Source of the DNA: an uncultured Candidatus Rokubacteria bacterium
GTDB lineage: Bacteria; Methylomirabilota; Methylomirabilia; Rokubacteriales; CSP1-6
NCBI GenBank assembly: GCA_963758635.1
Contig: CAVWWD010000008.1
Location: 32,001-96,000, forward strand
Direction of reading: 5' to 3'
DNA length: 64,000 nt
Shown piece after piece: positions 8,398 to 17,304 of the stretch. Every line of letters starts with the position of its first letter. Position 1 is the stretch's first letter. A model generated the notes under the pieces. The model saw only the letters and a program-made list of their open reading frames with translations, made no database searches and was not told the origin of the DNA. The position numbers and the translations under genes are program-made.

Positions 8398-10653
8398 TCA
8401 ACGGAGCAGCCGGGAGACGGCCGCGGGGTCGAGGGGCAGCTCGGTGATGGAGCCGGCGCCGGGTCCGAGGGCGTCCCGGACCGCACCGGCGATGGCCGCG
8501 CCGAGGCCGGGGTTGCCGCACTCGCCGAGGCCGCGCAGGCCGAGCGGATTGGTCTTCGCGCGCACTTCCTGGTAGAAGCCGTCCACCGGCGGGACGTCCG
8601 CGGCCCACGGCAGCGCGTAGTCCATCAGCGTGCCCGAGGCGAGCTGGCCCGCCGCGTCGTAGGCGAGCGACTCGTGCAGCGCGTTGCCGATGCCGAAGGC
8701 GACGCCGCCCACGAGCTGCGCGTCGACCAGCGCGGGGTTGACGGCGCGGCCCACGTCGGCGCCCACGACGACCCGGCGGAGCTGGAGCACGCCGGTCTCG
8801 GTGTCCACGTCCAGCACGACCGCGCAGGCGCAGCCCGCGTACGTGACCTTCGGCACCTCGAACGAGGCCCCGGCGGCGAGGCGCCGGTCCGCGGCCAGCT
8901 CGGCGAGCGTCACGCTCCGGGCGCCCGCCGACACGACGCCGCGCGCGTAGGACACCGCGTCCGCCGCCACGCCCCACCGCTCCGACGCGCGTGCGCGGGC
9001 GTCGGCCACCAGCTTCTGCGCGGCGAGGGCCGCGGCGTTGCCCGCGGTCACCGTGCCGCGCGAGCCGTAGGTCCCCACGCCGCTCTCGACGGCGGCGGTG
9101 TCGGCGTGACGCACGTCGAAGCGGACGGCGGGTAGGCCGAGCGCGTCGCCGAGGATCTGGGCCAGGACCGTCTCGAGCCCGGGCCCCATCGACGAGGCGC
9201 CGGTATCGACCGCGAAGGTGCCGTCGGGCCGGGCCTCGACCTGGGTCGTCTCGAAGGGGCCGAGGCCGGTCTTCTCCACGTAGACGGCGAGCCCGATCCC
9301 GCGGCGGAGCGGGCCGCCGCGCGCGTTGACGGCGGCCTGCTCCTCGCGCGCGCGCCGGTAGTCGAGGCGCTCGATCAGCTCGGCGAACAGCGCGGGGAAG
9401 TCGCCCGAGTCGTAGACCGTCTTGACCCCGAAGGACGTGGTCCCGACCTCGTAGGGCATCTCGTCGGCGCGGACCAGGTTCCGCCGGCGCAGCTCCGCCG
9501 GGTCCACGCCGAGGCGCGCCGCCGCCTCGTCCATCAGGCGCTCGCGCACGAAGTTGCACTCGGGACGGCCGGGCGAGCGCAGCGTGCCCGCCGGCGTCTT
9601 GTTGGTGACCACGCTCCAGAGGTCGCACGCGTAGGCGGGCACGCGGTACGGGCCGGGCAGGAGCGAGGCGCCGAACTCCGCCGGCACCAGCGCGGCGGTG
9701 CGCACGTACGCGCCGATGTCGGCGTGGATCACCGCGCGCATCCCCACGATGCCGCCGTCGGCGGCGAAGGCCATCTCCGCCTGCCACGTCGTCTCGCGGG
9801 CGTGGTTGGCGGCCATGAGGTTCTCGCGCCGCGTCTCGATCCACTTCACGGGCCGGCCGAGCTTCATGGCGGCCAGCGGCACGAGGATGTCCTCCGGGTA
9901 GAGCTCGCCGCGGACGCCGAAGCCGCCGCCCACGTCCACCTCGGTGAGCCGGAGGGCGCCCAGCGGGATGCCGAAGATCGGCGCGAGGATCGTGCGGTTG
10001 ATGTGGATGCACTTGGTCGAGCCGATGAGGTGGAGCTCCCCGCCGCGCGGATCGGGGGGGACGGCGAGGAGCCCGCGCGTCTCCAGCGCGGCGGCGGTCT
10101 GCCTCGGGTGGCGGAAGGTCTCGCGCACCACCAGGTGGGCGCCGGCGAAGGCGGCCTCGGCGTCACCGACGCGCATCGTGATCGTCGCCACGTTGTTGGT
10201 GTCGGTGCCCGCGTGCAGGCGCGGCGCCCCGGGCGCGAGCGCGGCGGCCACCGACGCGCACGCGGGCAGCGGCTCGTAGACCACGTCGACGCGATCGGCG
10301 GCGTCGCGCGCCACGTAGGGATCGTCCGCGACGACCAGCGCCACCGGCTCGCCGGCGTAGCGGACCACCGTCCGCGCGATGGCGGGCTGGAGGTAGCGCT
10401 CGGCGCCCGCGGGCGCGGGCACGCGGTTCGGGATGACCGCGGCGGCGGGGACGTCGGCCCCGGTGAGCACGGCGCGCACGCCCGGCATCTCGCGGGCGCG
10501 CGTGGTGTCGATCGAGGCCACGCGGGCGTGGGCCTCGGGCGAGCGCACGACCACCGCGTGCAGCATCCCGGGCGCGCGGAGGTCCTCCGTGAACCGCCCG
10601 GCGCCCGTCACGAAGCGCTCGCCGCCCAGACGCTGGTGGGACTCGCCGATCAT
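8398..10653 (-). CDS. Xanthine dehydrogenase/CoxL-like molybdopterin-binding large subunit
   Basis: RSPEAHA, VGGGFG, GTYGSRG, DVGRAVNP and GLGECG motifs. Confidence 0.9.
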   Translation of the reverse strand: MIGESHQRLGGERFVTGAGRFTEDLRAPGMLHAVVVRSPEAHARVASIDTTRAREMPGVRAVLTGADVPAAAVIPNRVPAPAGAERYLQPAIARTVVRYAGEPVALVVADDPYVARDAADRVDVVYEPLPACASVAAALAPGAPRLHAGTDTNNVATITMRVGDAEAAFAGAHLVVRETFRHPRQTAAALETRGLLAVPPDPRGGELHLIGSTKCIHINRTILAPIFGIPLGALRLTEVDVGGGFGVRGELYPEDILVPLAAMKLGRPVKWIETRRENLMAANHARETTWQAEMAFAADGGIVGMRAVIHADIGAYVRTAALVPAEFGASLLPGPYRVPAYACDLWSVVTNKTPAGTLRSPGRPECNFVRERLMDEAAARLGVDPAELRRRNLVRADEMPYEVGTTSFGVKTVYDSGDFPALFAELIERLDYRRAREEQAAVNARGGPLRRGIGLAVYVEKTGLGPFETTQVEARPDGTFAVDTGASSMGPGLETVLAQILGDALGLPAVRFDVRHADTAAVESGVGTYGSRGTVTAGNAAALAAQKLVADARARASERWGVAADAVSYARGVVSAGARSVTLAELAADRRLAAGASFEVPKVTYAGCACAVVLDVDTETGVLQLRRVVVGADVGRAVNPALVDAQLVGGVAFGIGNALHESLAYDAAGQLASGTLMDYALPWAADVPPVDGFYQEVRAKTNPLGLRGLGECGNPGLGAAIAGAVRDALGPGAGSITELPLDPAAVSRLLR

Positions 10654-10749
10654 CGCGGCCGCATTCTACCCGAGCGCGTGACGGGGCCGTACGAGGACCT
10701 CACGCTGAAGGGGAAGTAGGGCCCGCGCAGTCGGAGCAGCGCGGGCGGG

Positions 10750-13700
10750 CTACGTCGGCAGCCGCCCGAGGACGGCCGCGGCGCGCCCGCGGAGGCGCTC
10801 GATCTTCATCCCGGCGAACTCGTCGCGCGCGCGGGTGAGATCCTCGCGCGCCTCGTCCGGCCGGCCGAGCGCGGCGAGCACCTGACCGCGCCCGAGCCGG
10901 CAGCGCGCGGCGAGCGGTCGCATGCCGAGCTCCTCGGCCAGCGCGAGGGCCTGCGCGTACCACTCGAGCGCGGCGGGGACGGCGTCCGGCTCGCCGCCCG
11001 CCGCGATGTCGCCGTGGAGGTGGAGCGCGCGCGCCTCGTCGCCCCGGGCGCCGCGCGCGCGTGACATCTCCAGGGCCTCCGCGGCGTGGCGCGCGGCCTC
11101 GGCCCGCTGCCCCCCGGCCAGGTGGGCGCCGCCGAGCTGGACCAGGATCAGCGAGTGGCCGTAGAGGAGGTTGATCGCCCCGGCCTCGTCGATGGCCCGG
11201 CGCAGCAGCGGCAGCGCCTCGGCCACCGCGCCGGACTGGTACAGGGCCGAGCCCAGCCCCGAGAGCACGCGCGTGAAGTAGATCGGCACCGTGCCCCCCT
11301 CGCACAGCTCCGCGGCGCGCCGGAGCAGCGGCACCGCGCGATCGAACGCGCCGCGCCCCTGGTGGACGCGGCCCAGGCAGTAGTAGGCCCAGACGCGCTC
11401 CAGCAGGCCGTTCACGTCCTCGGCGACGCGGACGCCCTCCTCGCCGTGCACGATGCCCTCGTCGAAGTCGCCGGTCTGCGCCTGGCAGAGCGCGAGCCAC
11501 GTCCGCGCCGCCACCGACGGCAGGAGCTGCCCGGCGCGCCCGCCGAAGCGCTCGTCGACGGGCCGTCCGGCGAGCGCGTCGAGCGCCCAGCGCGCGCACT
11601 CGATGCCACGGCGGTAGTTGCCGAGGGCGAACTGGGCGCGGGCCACGCCGAACCTCGTCCACAGCGCCTCGGGCGCATCGACGTCGGCCGTGGTCAGGGC
11701 GAGCGCCCGCTCGCCGGCCTCGGCCGCCTCCGCGTAGCGGCCCTCCGAGGCGAGCACGAACGACCGCCCCGTCTCCACGCGCGCGAGCCGCTTGGTGTCG
11801 CCCAGCGCCTCGACCGCGCCGCGCGCGGCCACGAAGGCGGCGAGCGCCGGCGTGAACTGGCCGGCCATGTACAGGGCATGCGCGTACCGGAAGCGCAGCT
11901 CGGCGGTCTGATCGAGCGTCCCGGGCAGCCGGTCGAGCGCGGTCAGGGCCTGCTCGTAGCAGGCGATGGCCTCGCGCCGCGCCCCGCGCGCCGTCGCGAG
12001 CTCGGCCGCCTGCCGCAGGTAGCCGAGCGCCTTGCCCCACGCCCCGCCGTGCGCGGCGTGGTGCGCGAGCTGCTCCACCAGCTCCGGCCGGGCCTCGCCG
12101 CCCGCCTCCTCCAGCGCCTCGGCCACCTTGAGGTGCAGGCCGCGGCGAGGCTCGGCGGGAAGCCCGGCGTAGGCCGCGGCCTGGGTGAGCGCGTGGGTGA
12201 AGGTGTACGCGGCCTGTCCCTGGACCTCGTAGAGGAACTCGGCGGCCCGGAGGCGCGCCAGCGCCTCGCGCAGGGCGGGGCCGGGCAGGTCGACGACACG
12301 CTCCAGCAGCCCCACCGGGACGTCGCGCCCGACCACCGCCGCGCTCTGCAGGAGCTGCTTGTCGCCGGGCGGAAGCCGGTCGATGCGCGCGGCGAGCACG
12401 GCCTGGACGCTATCCGGGATGGCGAGGTCGCCGAGCGTCGCGCCTTGTTCCACCACCGAGCGCACGAGCTCCTCGAGGAAGAACGGATTGCCTTCCGCTC
12501 GCGCGAGGATCTGCTCCTCCACGCCCGGGCGCAGCGCGCTGCCTGCGGCGAGGTGGCGGATGAGCTCGCGGCTCCGATCGGCGCCGAGGGGACGGAGCGC
12601 GATCTGCGTCGCGTACGACTTGTCGAGCCAGCGCGGCCGATACGGCGGCCGGTAGCTCATCACGAACACGATGGGCGCGCCCGCGAGCCGGTCGACGACG
12701 CCGCTGGATAGCTCCTCCGACGTGGGGTCGATCCAGTGCGCGTTCTCCACCACGAAGACGAGCGGCTGGGCCCGGCTGGTACCGAGCAGGACCTGGCAGA
12801 GCGTGTCGAGCGTGCGCTCCTTGAGCGTCCGCGGGTCGACGCCGCCCAGCCGCTCGGCGGCGCCCGGCGCGCCAAGGAGATGGAGGATGTACGGCTCGTG
12901 CTCGTCGGGATCCAGCTCCACGAACTCGAGCCCGAGGCGCACCTTCTCGATCACCACCGGCCAGGCGTCCCGGGGATCGATCAGGAAGTAGGCGGGCAGC
13001 GTGTCGAGCAGCGGTCCGTACGGCGTCATGCTGCCGTACGCGAGGCAGTGTTGCTCCATGTAGCGCACCCCGCGCGGGCGCACACGCTGCCGCAGCTCGA
13101 AGAGCAGCCGCGACTTGCCCGATCCGGGCTCGCCCACGATGCCCACCGCCTGGCCCGCGCCGGCCTCCGCGGCGCGCATGAGCTCCTCCAGCGTCTCCAG
13201 CTCGCGCTCGCGGCCCACGAACGCGGCGAGCGCGCGCTGGGCGCCTCGCGGTCCGCGCTCGCGCGCGGGCCGGAGCGCGGTGAGGGTATGCACCGGCGCG
13301 CCCATCTCCCGCAGGCCGCGCGCCGAGACCTCGCGCGGCTCCAGCGTCGCCCAGCGCTCCGCGTGACGGCTCACCTCGGCGGTGAGGAGGATCTCTCCGG
13401 GCATCGCCTCGGCGATGAGCCGGAGCGGCAGCGAGACGGTGTCGCCGATCGGCAGCACCTGGCGATCGGGGTCGGCCGCGCGCGGATCGACGAGCACCGG
13501 ACCCGAGTGCACGGCGATGCGCATCCGGGGCGGGAGCTCCGGGGCGGCGACGCTCGCGACGATCTCGCGGACGGCCAGCGCGCCCTGGACGGCGCGCTCC
13601 TGGAGCTGGTCCACGGCGCGCGGCACGCCGAAGGCCCAGAGCATGAGGGTCGGACCGGCGCGGAGCGGCACGCCGCCCAGGCCGCCGAGCTTCTCGGCAA

Positions 13701-14907
13701 TGGCGCGCTCCCATCGCGCCGCCTCCGTCCACGGCTCGTAGCTCGGGGTCTCGCCCGGCCCGGGCTCGGGCCACGTCACCTCGATGGCCACCACGGCGGC
13801 GTGCTTCTGCTCCCAGGCGGGCGCCGTCGTGTCCTGGGGCGGCGCGGTCCGGGCGCGCCGCGAAGCGCGACCGCGGCAGCGCGGGGGCGGCGCCGGCGCC
13901 CGGTGCGGCGCCCCGCGCAGATCCTCGACCCCGGGCCGGCCGATGCCGTGGCGCCGCATGCGATAGCGGATCGTGTCGCGGCTGATGCCGAGCAGGCGCG
14001 CGGCCTTCACCACGTTGCCGCCGGCGCGGGCCAGCGCGGAGCGGATCTCCGCCGCGTCGTCCGCGGCGGGTTCCGCCTCGCCAGCCGCCGCATCCGCGCC
14101 CGGCGAGGTCGGCCGCACCAGGCGCTCGAGGGCGGCGGCGTCCACCTCGGTGCCGGGGTGGAGCAAGGTCACGCGCTCCATCAGGTGGCTCAGCTCGCGC
14201 ACGTTGCCCGGCCAGCGCTGGCGGCGGAGCCACGCCTCGGCATCGTCGGTCAGCCGCCGGCCCGTCGCGCGGTATCCGATCCCGTACCGCGCGAGCAGCG
14301 CGCTCGCCAGCTCCACCACGTCCTCGCCCCGCGCGCGGAGCGGCGGGAGCTCCAGCACCACCACGGCGAGCCGGTGGTAGAGATCCGGCCGGAAGCCTCC
14401 GGTCGCGACCAGCGACTCGAGCTCCTGCTGAGTGGCCACGACCAGCTTCACGTCGACGTCGTGCTCGGCCACCGCGCCGAGCCGCCGCACCCGGCGGCCC
14501 TCGATCGCGGTCAGCAGCTTGGCCTGGAGGGAGACCGCGAGGGAGTCGATCTCGTCGAGGAACAGCGTTCCGCGCTGCGCCGCCTCGAACAGCCCCGCCT
14601 TGCCCCGCTTGGCGTCGGTGAAGGCGCCCGCCTCGTAGCCGAAGAGCTCGGCCTCGAGCATGGTCTCGGGGATCGCCGCGCAATTCACCTGGATGAACGG
14701 CCCGCCGCTTCGAGGACCGCTATCGTGGACGATTCGCGCGACGAGGCCCTTGCCGGTTCCGGTCTCCCCGACCAGCAAGAGCGGCGGCACCGGGGTACCG
14801 ACGGCGTCGAAGGTCACCAGCCGGCGGATCTGCTCCCGCAGCGCCGCCACGGCCGGGGCACGACCCTCGAGGCGATCGGTCGGATGGCTCTCGTCGTTGG
14901 CTGCCAT
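10750..14907 (-). CDS. sigma54-dependent activator fused to a cyclase-like domain, STAND-type ATPase and TPRs
   Basis: GETGTGK, GAFTDA, LFLDEI, WPGNVREL, Fis-type HTH; then FVGRERE, GEPGSGKS, ENAHWID, GNPFFLEE and TPRs. Confidence 0.85.
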   Translation of the reverse strand: MAANDESHPTDRLEGRAPAVAALREQIRRLVTFDAVGTPVPPLLLVGETGTGKGLVARIVHDSGPRSGGPFIQVNCAAIPETMLEAELFGYEAGAFTDAKRGKAGLFEAAQRGTLFLDEIDSLAVSLQAKLLTAIEGRRVRRLGAVAEHDVDVKLVVATQQELESLVATGGFRPDLYHRLAVVVLELPPLRARGEDVVELASALLARYGIGYRATGRRLTDDAEAWLRRQRWPGNVRELSHLMERVTLLHPGTEVDAAALERLVRPTSPGADAAAGEAEPAADDAAEIRSALARAGGNVVKAARLLGISRDTIRYRMRRHGIGRPGVEDLRGAPHRAPAPPPRCRGRASRRARTAPPQDTTAPAWEQKHAAVVAIEVTWPEPGPGETPSYEPWTEAARWERAIAEKLGGLGGVPLRAGPTLMLWAFGVPRAVDQLQERAVQGALAVREIVASVAAPELPPRMRIAVHSGPVLVDPRAADPDRQVLPIGDTVSLPLRLIAEAMPGEILLTAEVSRHAERWATLEPREVSARGLREMGAPVHTLTALRPARERGPRGAQRALAAFVGRERELETLEELMRAAEAGAGQAVGIVGEPGSGKSRLLFELRQRVRPRGVRYMEQHCLAYGSMTPYGPLLDTLPAYFLIDPRDAWPVVIEKVRLGLEFVELDPDEHEPYILHLLGAPGAAERLGGVDPRTLKERTLDTLCQVLLGTSRAQPLVFVVENAHWIDPTSEELSSGVVDRLAGAPIVFVMSYRPPYRPRWLDKSYATQIALRPLGADRSRELIRHLAAGSALRPGVEEQILARAEGNPFFLEELVRSVVEQGATLGDLAIPDSVQAVLAARIDRLPPGDKQLLQSAAVVGRDVPVGLLERVVDLPGPALREALARLRAAEFLYEVQGQAAYTFTHALTQAAAYAGLPAEPRRGLHLKVAEALEEAGGEARPELVEQLAHHAAHGGAWGKALGYLRQAAELATARGARREAIACYEQALTALDRLPGTLDQTAELRFRYAHALYMAGQFTPALAAFVAARGAVEALGDTKRLARVETGRSFVLASEGRYAEAAEAGERALALTTADVDAPEALWTRFGVARAQFALGNYRRGIECARWALDALAGRPVDERFGGRAGQLLPSVAARTWLALCQAQTGDFDEGIVHGEEGVRVAEDVNGLLERVWAYYCLGRVHQGRGAFDRAVPLLRRAAELCEGGTVPIYFTRVLSGLGSALYQSGAVAEALPLLRRAIDEAGAINLLYGHSLILVQLGGAHLAGGQRAEAARHAAEALEMSRARGARGDEARALHLHGDIAAGGEPDAVPAALEWYAQALALAEELGMRPLAARCRLGRGQVLAALGRPDEAREDLTRARDEFAGMKIERLRGRAAAVLGRLPT

Positions 14908-14953
14908 GCGCTGAGCCTTCGCCGCCCCGGTGGGGGTTGCGTGGGAGAAGGCG

Positions 14954-14969
14954 CACCCATTATTGGGTG
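14954..14969. promoter_or_regulatory. Palindrome, candidate upstream activator site
   Basis: CACCCA-TTAT-TGGGTG, about 60 nt upstream of the -24 element. Confidence 0.45.
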
Positions 14970-15019
14970 AGCCCCACCGCCAATCAAGCTGCGAATCAAA
15001 TAAGTCAGAGACTTGCGAT

Positions 15020-15034
15020 TGGCTCGACTCTTGC
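15020..15034 (+). promoter_or_regulatory. sigma54 -24/-12 promoter
   Basis: TGGCTCG-ACTC-TTGC (GG-N10-GC), preceded by an AT-richer tract and divergent from the activator gene. Confidence 0.75.
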
Positions 15035-15104
15035 CCCTGAGTCTTCCGTGCTTGGGGCCGAATCATGCGGTGTCCACACGTTGCGGGAGCGGGAGGTGAC
15101 CGAC

Positions 15105-15360
15105 ATGGAGACGATCCAGGTCAGCAGACACGGACATGGACGAGACGAAACCGATGCGACTGATCGACGGAAGGCTCGTCGTGTGGCATCCGCTCGACTC
15201 CTGCCCGAGCGCGCGCCAGGCCGAGCCGGCTCCGAGCGCGCCGGCCCGGATCGAGCCGGCGTCGTCAGAGGTCCCGGGAGCCGGCCCGGACGACCCGGAC
15301 AGCACACGGCCCATGCGGATCCTGGGCGCTCCCGACGGCAGGCGCATCGCGCCGAGGTGA
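15105..15360 (+). CDS. Small hypothetical protein; frameshift near 15130, or true start at 15136
   Basis: RBS GGGAGGT before ATG 15105; ORF 15136-15360 carries the repeated DETKPMRLI / DSTRPMRIL. Confidence 0.5.
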
Positions 15361-15378
15361 CGAGATCGCCCGCGGGCG

Positions 15379-15519
15379 TCAGAGCGCCCGGTATACCTCG
15401 GTCTCGAACTCGGCGAACAGGCTCGTGGCCGTGCCGTCGTAGAACGGCAGGAGCTGCGAGAGGAAGACGCCGCACACCTGCTTCGTCCGGTCGATCCAGA
15501 AGTACGTGTTGGCGAGCGG
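15379..15519 (-). pseudogene. C-terminal remnant of a beta-lactamase-family serine hydrolase
   Basis: Manual translation LANTYFWIDRTKQVCGVFLSQLLPFYDGTATSLFAEFETEVYRAL*, no start codon, abuts the permease stop. Confidence 0.7.
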
Positions 15520-16338
15520 CTAGCCCTTGACGGCGCCGGCCGTCAGGCCGCCCACCATGTACTTGTGCAGGTAGATGTAGCCGATGACGACGGGCAGGGA
15601 CGCCAGCGCGGCAGCGGCCATGAGCTGGCCCCAGAACGCGAAGTCGGAGACGACGAACTCCGAGAGGCCCACGGGCAGGGTCCGGAGGCTGTCGTCGGCG
15701 ATGAAGATCAGGGCGTAGAGGAACTCGTTCCACGACAGCGTGAAGCAGAAGAGGCCGGCGGCGAGGAGTCCGGGCGCGGCCAGGGGCAGCACGATCCGCC
15801 AGAGTGTCTGCAGGCGCGTGGCCCCGTCCACCAGCGCGGCCTCCTCGAGCTCCCGGGGGATCGAGCGGAAGAAGCCCATCAGGAGCCACGTCACGAACGG
15901 CACCAGGAAGGTCGGGTAGGCGAGGATCAGCGTGCCCAGCGAGTTCGTGTAGCCGATCTGGATCAGCGTGCGATAGAGGGGGATGAACATCAGGCCCGGC
16001 GGCACCAGGTACGTGATGAGGACGAGGGCGCCGAAGACGCGCCGCCCGGCGAAGCGCAGGCGCGTCAGCGCGTAGGCCCCGGCGGCGCCGATGACGAGCG
16101 AGAACATGGTGCTCGCCAGCGCGGTCACCGCGCTGTTGCGCAGCCAGAGCAGAAAGCGCGTCTCCTCGAACAGGTAGCGGTAGTTGTCGAGGGTGGCCGG
16201 CGAGGCGACGTAGATGGCCTGCGACATGAGGATCTGGCGCCCCGTCTTGAGCGACGTGACGACGATCCAGTAGAGCGGCACCGCCACCACCACGAGCAGG
16301 AGCGACACGACCAGCCAGCGGAGCACCCGGCCGCTCAC
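15520..16338 (-). CDS. Carbohydrate ABC transporter permease (MalG-like)
   Basis: EAA motif ELEEAALVDGA, WNEF, GGLTAGAVKG end; GTG start overlaps the upstream stop. Confidence 0.92.
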   Translation of the reverse strand: MSGRVLRWLVVSLLLVVVAVPLYWIVVTSLKTGRQILMSQAIYVASPATLDNYRYLFEETRFLLWLRNSAVTALASTMFSLVIGAAGAYALTRLRFAGRRVFGALVLITYLVPPGLMFIPLYRTLIQIGYTNSLGTLILAYPTFLVPFVTWLLMGFFRSIPRELEEAALVDGATRLQTLWRIVLPLAAPGLLAAGLFCFTLSWNEFLYALIFIADDSLRTLPVGLSEFVVSDFAFWGQLMAAAALASLPVVIGYIYLHKYMVGGLTAGAVKG

Positions 16339-17279
16339 GTCCCGGGCTCCTCGCGATGGAGGTAGCGCACCACGAACACGATGAGCACGGCGATGACGGG
16401 CAGCGAGTACATGCTGGCGGCCATGGCCATGCCCCAGCGCTGGGACTGGATGCCGAGCTCGTAGGAGTACGTGGCGAAGATGTGGGTGGCCGCCCCCGGG
16501 CCGCCGCGCGTCATGATGTACACGATGTTGAAGTCGTTGAGCGTCCAGATGGTGCTGAGCAGGGTGACGATCGCCACCACGCCCTTGATCGAGGGCAGGC
16601 TGACCCGCCAGAACTGCTGCCACGCCGAGGCCCCGTCCACCGAGGCGGCGTCGTAGAGGTCCTGCGGCACCGTCTGCATGGCGGCGAGGAACGACACGCC
16701 GAAGAAGGGGAACCCCCGCCAGACGTTGGCCATGACGACCGAGAGCATGGCGAGGTCGGGGTTGCCCAGCCAGTGGATGCCCGCGCGGATGATGCCGAGG
16801 TCGACGAGGCCCACGTTGAAGAGACCCCGGTAGAGGTCGAAGAGCCAGCGCCAGGTGAGCGCGATCACGACGGTGGGGATGACCCACGGCAGCAGGAGGA
16901 AGCCCCGCAAGAGCTGGCTGCCGCGCACCGCCTTGTGCAGCGCCACCGCCATGACCATGCCGATGACGAGCTTGAGGCAGATGGAGCCGACCGTGAAGAC
17001 GACGCTGTTCCACGCCACGATCCGGAAGCGCGGGCTCTCGTAGAGGGCCACGTAGTTCTTGAGCCCGACGAAGTGCGCCGGATAGCCCACCATCTTCTCG
17101 GTCAGGGACAGCCAGATCGCGTTCACGAAGGGGTACGCGATGAGCCCCACGATGAGGGCCGCGACGGGCGCGATCAGCACGTAGCCGAGCAGCCGCTCCT
17201 GGACGCGGTTCACGCGGAACCACGCGGGCACGGCCGCCCGCGGCACCGAGGCCGCGGGCGAGGACAGGATCTTGCTCAT
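16335..17279 (-). CDS. Carbohydrate ABC transporter permease (MalF-like)
   Basis: FVGLKNY, LYDAASVDGAS and TRGGPG motifs; several TM helices. Confidence 0.92.
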   Translation of the reverse strand: MSKILSSPAASVPRAAVPAWFRVNRVQERLLGYVLIAPVAALIVGLIAYPFVNAIWLSLTEKMVGYPAHFVGLKNYVALYESPRFRIVAWNSVVFTVGSICLKLVIGMVMAVALHKAVRGSQLLRGFLLLPWVIPTVVIALTWRWLFDLYRGLFNVGLVDLGIIRAGIHWLGNPDLAMLSVVMANVWRGFPFFGVSFLAAMQTVPQDLYDAASVDGASAWQQFWRVSLPSIKGVVAIVTLLSTIWTLNDFNIVYIMTRGGPGAATHIFATYSYELGIQSQRWGMAMAASMYSLPVIAVLIVFVVRYLHREEPGT

Positions 17280-17304
17280 GCGCGTCGTGCGCGGGCGCCG
17301 GGCC

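Noticed and set aside
8398..10653. Aerobic CO dehydrogenase (coxL) call
   Set aside because: Lacks the AYxCSFR motif and adjacent coxS/coxM
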